45,829 bases of DNA from Robiginitomaculum sp. (GTDB lineage Bacteria > Pseudomonadota > Alphaproteobacteria > Caulobacterales > Maricaulaceae): contig NVVO01000008.1 in NCBI GenBank assembly GCA_002733385.1, forward strand, positions 13,686-59,514. Direction: 5' to 3'. Of the stretch, positions 44,178-45,829 are shown piece after piece. The notes below the pieces were generated by a model. It worked only from the letters and a program-made list of their open reading frames with translations. It was not told the origin of the DNA and made no database searches. Both the position numbers and the translations under genes were made by a program. Positions within the stretch are counted from its first letter, which is position 1, and every line of letters starts with the position of its first letter.

Positions 44178-45202
44178 ATACAACATCACCCATAAATGCC
44201 GCAATATTCGGCCTGGCAGGCCCGGAATTACGGGCAGGGGAGGCTGCGTTTTTTCGGGACTGTAACCCGTTTGGTTTTATTTTATTTGCCCGTAATGTGG
44301 AAACACCGGAACAAGTGAAAAAGCTATGTGCGGATTTGCGACATGCCATTGGTCGCAATGTCCTTATATTTGTTGATCAAGAAGGTGGGCGGGTGCAAAG
44401 ATTGGGGCCGCCCCATTGGCGCAAAGCCACATATGCCTATGATTTTGGCGAGTTATACAGCAATAACACCCAAAATTCCCTGCGGGCTATATGGCTAAAT
44501 TTTCGCCTTATGGCCGAAGAATTGCGCACTGTCGGCATTACGGCTAACTGCGCCCCCGTCCTGGATTTACCCGTGTTTGGTGCCGACCCAATAATCTCTG
44601 ACCGGGCTTTTTCGCGGGACCCCGATGCCATGATCCATATGGCACAAGCCTGTATTTCAGGGTTGACGGCCGGGGGCGTTGCGGCTGTGATCAAGCATAT
44701 TCCCGGACATGGCCGGGCCAATGTTGATAGTCACAAGGCATTGCCGGTAATTGATGAACCGATTGAGGAATTGTCCAAGACTGATTTTCTACCTTTTAAG
44801 GCCTTGAACGAGGTGCCTATGGCCATGACAGCCCATGTTATTTTGGAACAGATAGATGCGAAAAACCCAGTAACCGTATCAAAACTTGCATTTGATAAAA
44901 TCATACGCGGCGTACTTGGCTATGATGGTTTGGTGATGAGCGATGATTTGGATATGAAAGCCTTAAAAGGTGATCTGACGGATTTGACCCGGAGCTGTCT
45001 AGGGGCAGGCTGCGATATTGTTTTGCAATGTGATGGAAATTTGGCCAATATGGTTAAAGTCGCCAAAGGGCTGAAGCCTCTTGAGGGGGATAGCTTACGC
45101 CGGGCTAAGCTGGCCGAAACTGCGACTGCAGGGTATGAAGAATTTGACCTTGAGGCCGGACTGGATGAATATACGGCTATTATGACACAATTGGGTAGTT
45201 AG
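44174..45202 (+). CDS. nagZ: beta-N-acetylhexosaminidase (GH3, peptidoglycan recycling)
   Basis: 342 aa. VDQEGGRVQRL, KHIPGHGRANVDSHKALP and GLVMSDDLDMKAL. It overlaps the SPOR gene stop by 4 nt. Confidence 0.85.
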   Translation: MNTTSPINAAIFGLAGPELRAGEAAFFRDCNPFGFILFARNVETPEQVKKLCADLRHAIGRNVLIFVDQEGGRVQRLGPPHWRKATYAYDFGELYSNNTQNSLRAIWLNFRLMAEELRTVGITANCAPVLDLPVFGADPIISDRAFSRDPDAMIHMAQACISGLTAGGVAAVIKHIPGHGRANVDSHKALPVIDEPIEELSKTDFLPFKALNEVPMAMTAHVILEQIDAKNPVTVSKLAFDKIIRGVLGYDGLVMSDDLDMKALKGDLTDLTRSCLGAGCDIVLQCDGNLANMVKVAKGLKPLEGDSLRRAKLAETATAGYEEFDLEAGLDEYTAIMTQLGS

Positions 45203-45227
45203 GTGGCTGGTTAGGTGGATGGTTAAT

Positions 45228-45829
45228 ATGAGTACGGATTTTCAAGACGAGCTTGAATTTGAAGCTGCCGACGATGCCGCCGAGGAAGGCCGGGGGCTTG
45301 TGCTGGATATTGACGGGTATGAAGGTCCCTTGCATTTGCTATTGGAGTTGGCCCGGCGCCAGAAAGTCGATTTGGCCCGCATATCTATTTTAGAGCTGGC
45401 TGACCAATATGTTGATTTTATCGAAAATGCCAAAGATTTACGCATAGAACTTGCTGCGGATTATTTGGTCATGGCGTCCTGGCTGGCTTATCTGAAATCA
45501 CGGTTGATTTTGCCAAAAACCGAAGGGGAAGAACAACTGCCCGAAGCCGAAGAACTGGCTGCACATTTGGCATTTCGCTTGCAAAGGCTGGACGGTATGC
45601 GCCGGGCGGCTGACGGTTTGTTCAAGCTAAAAATAACCGGGCAAAGCATTTTTGTGCGCGGCGCACCCGAAGGTCTGCGCTCACGAACCACGCCGCTTTA
45701 CAAGGCCGAGTTATTTGACATGATCAAGGCCTACGGCGAAACCCGCTCGCAAGCCGCCATGCGCCATCATAAAATACCCAAGCCGTTGGTGTTGGCTTTG
45801 GACGAAGCTCGCCGTAGGCTTGAACGGGT
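45228..45829 (+). CDS. scpA: segregation and condensation protein A, N-terminal part (runs off the right edge)
   Basis: Not in the ORF track because there is no stop in the window. From the ATG at 45228: MSTDFQDELEF...LVLDIDGYEGPLHLLLELARRQKVDLARISILELADQYVDFI...ELAADYLVMASWLAYLKSRLILPK, the classic ScpA N-terminus. Confidence 0.8.
   Translation, partial: MSTDFQDELEFEAADDAAEEGRGLVLDIDGYEGPLHLLLELARRQKVDLARISILELADQYVDFIENAKDLRIELAADYLVMASWLAYLKSRLILPKTEGEEQLPEAEELAAHLAFRLQRLDGMRRAADGLFKLKITGQSIFVRGAPEGLRSRTTPLYKAELFDMIKAYGETRSQAAMRHHKIPKPLVLALDEARRRLER

Overview
This 45.8-kb window reads like a mid-GC alphaproteobacterial chromosome segment; the taxon is inferred from gene content and order only. 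All domain calls were made by eye from the translations, with no searches run.

Most of the window is ordinary housekeeping:
- the miaA 3' end and a Sel1-repeat protein
- a complete rod-shape operon, mreB-mreC-mreD-mrdA(PBP2)-rodA
- an NPP-type phosphodiesterase lipoprotein, xerC, a CckA-like hybrid histidine kinase and xthA
- a DUF3137-like/PAP2-like divergent pair, a threonine-dehydratase-family enzyme and an acyl-CoA ligase
- a HerA/DUF87-type ATPase and an NDUFS4-like protein
- metC plus a cysK-like gene, and a large coiled-coil membrane protein
- a GT-C-like membrane protein coupled to a CPBP protease, and a secreted decapeptide-repeat protein
- an Hpt protein, an Aas-like AMP ligase, a Prx5 peroxiredoxin, erpA, a dGTPase-like protein, a SPOR protein, nagZ and the scpA 5' end

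The outstanding region is 22.3-29.8 kb. A tRNA-Arg(TCT) gene is followed by two further direct copies of its 3' half. The two downstream copies also share about 80 bp of upstream arm. Together the three copies delimit two tandem islets, and neither islet carries an integrase.
- Islet 1 (about 1.4 kb) carries only a DhlA-like haloalkane dehalogenase.
- Islet 2 (about 6 kb) carries a four-gene minus-strand operon. It encodes an autotransporter whose passenger looks like a cohesin module, two orphan lipoproteins, and a secreted CLCA-like HExxH metalloprotease/VWA protein that ends in a canonical two-repeat dockerin. A frameshifted IS5 transposase fragment lies beside the operon.

I interpret islet 2 as a candidate, apparently uncharacterised, outer-membrane cohesin-dockerin surface-display system.
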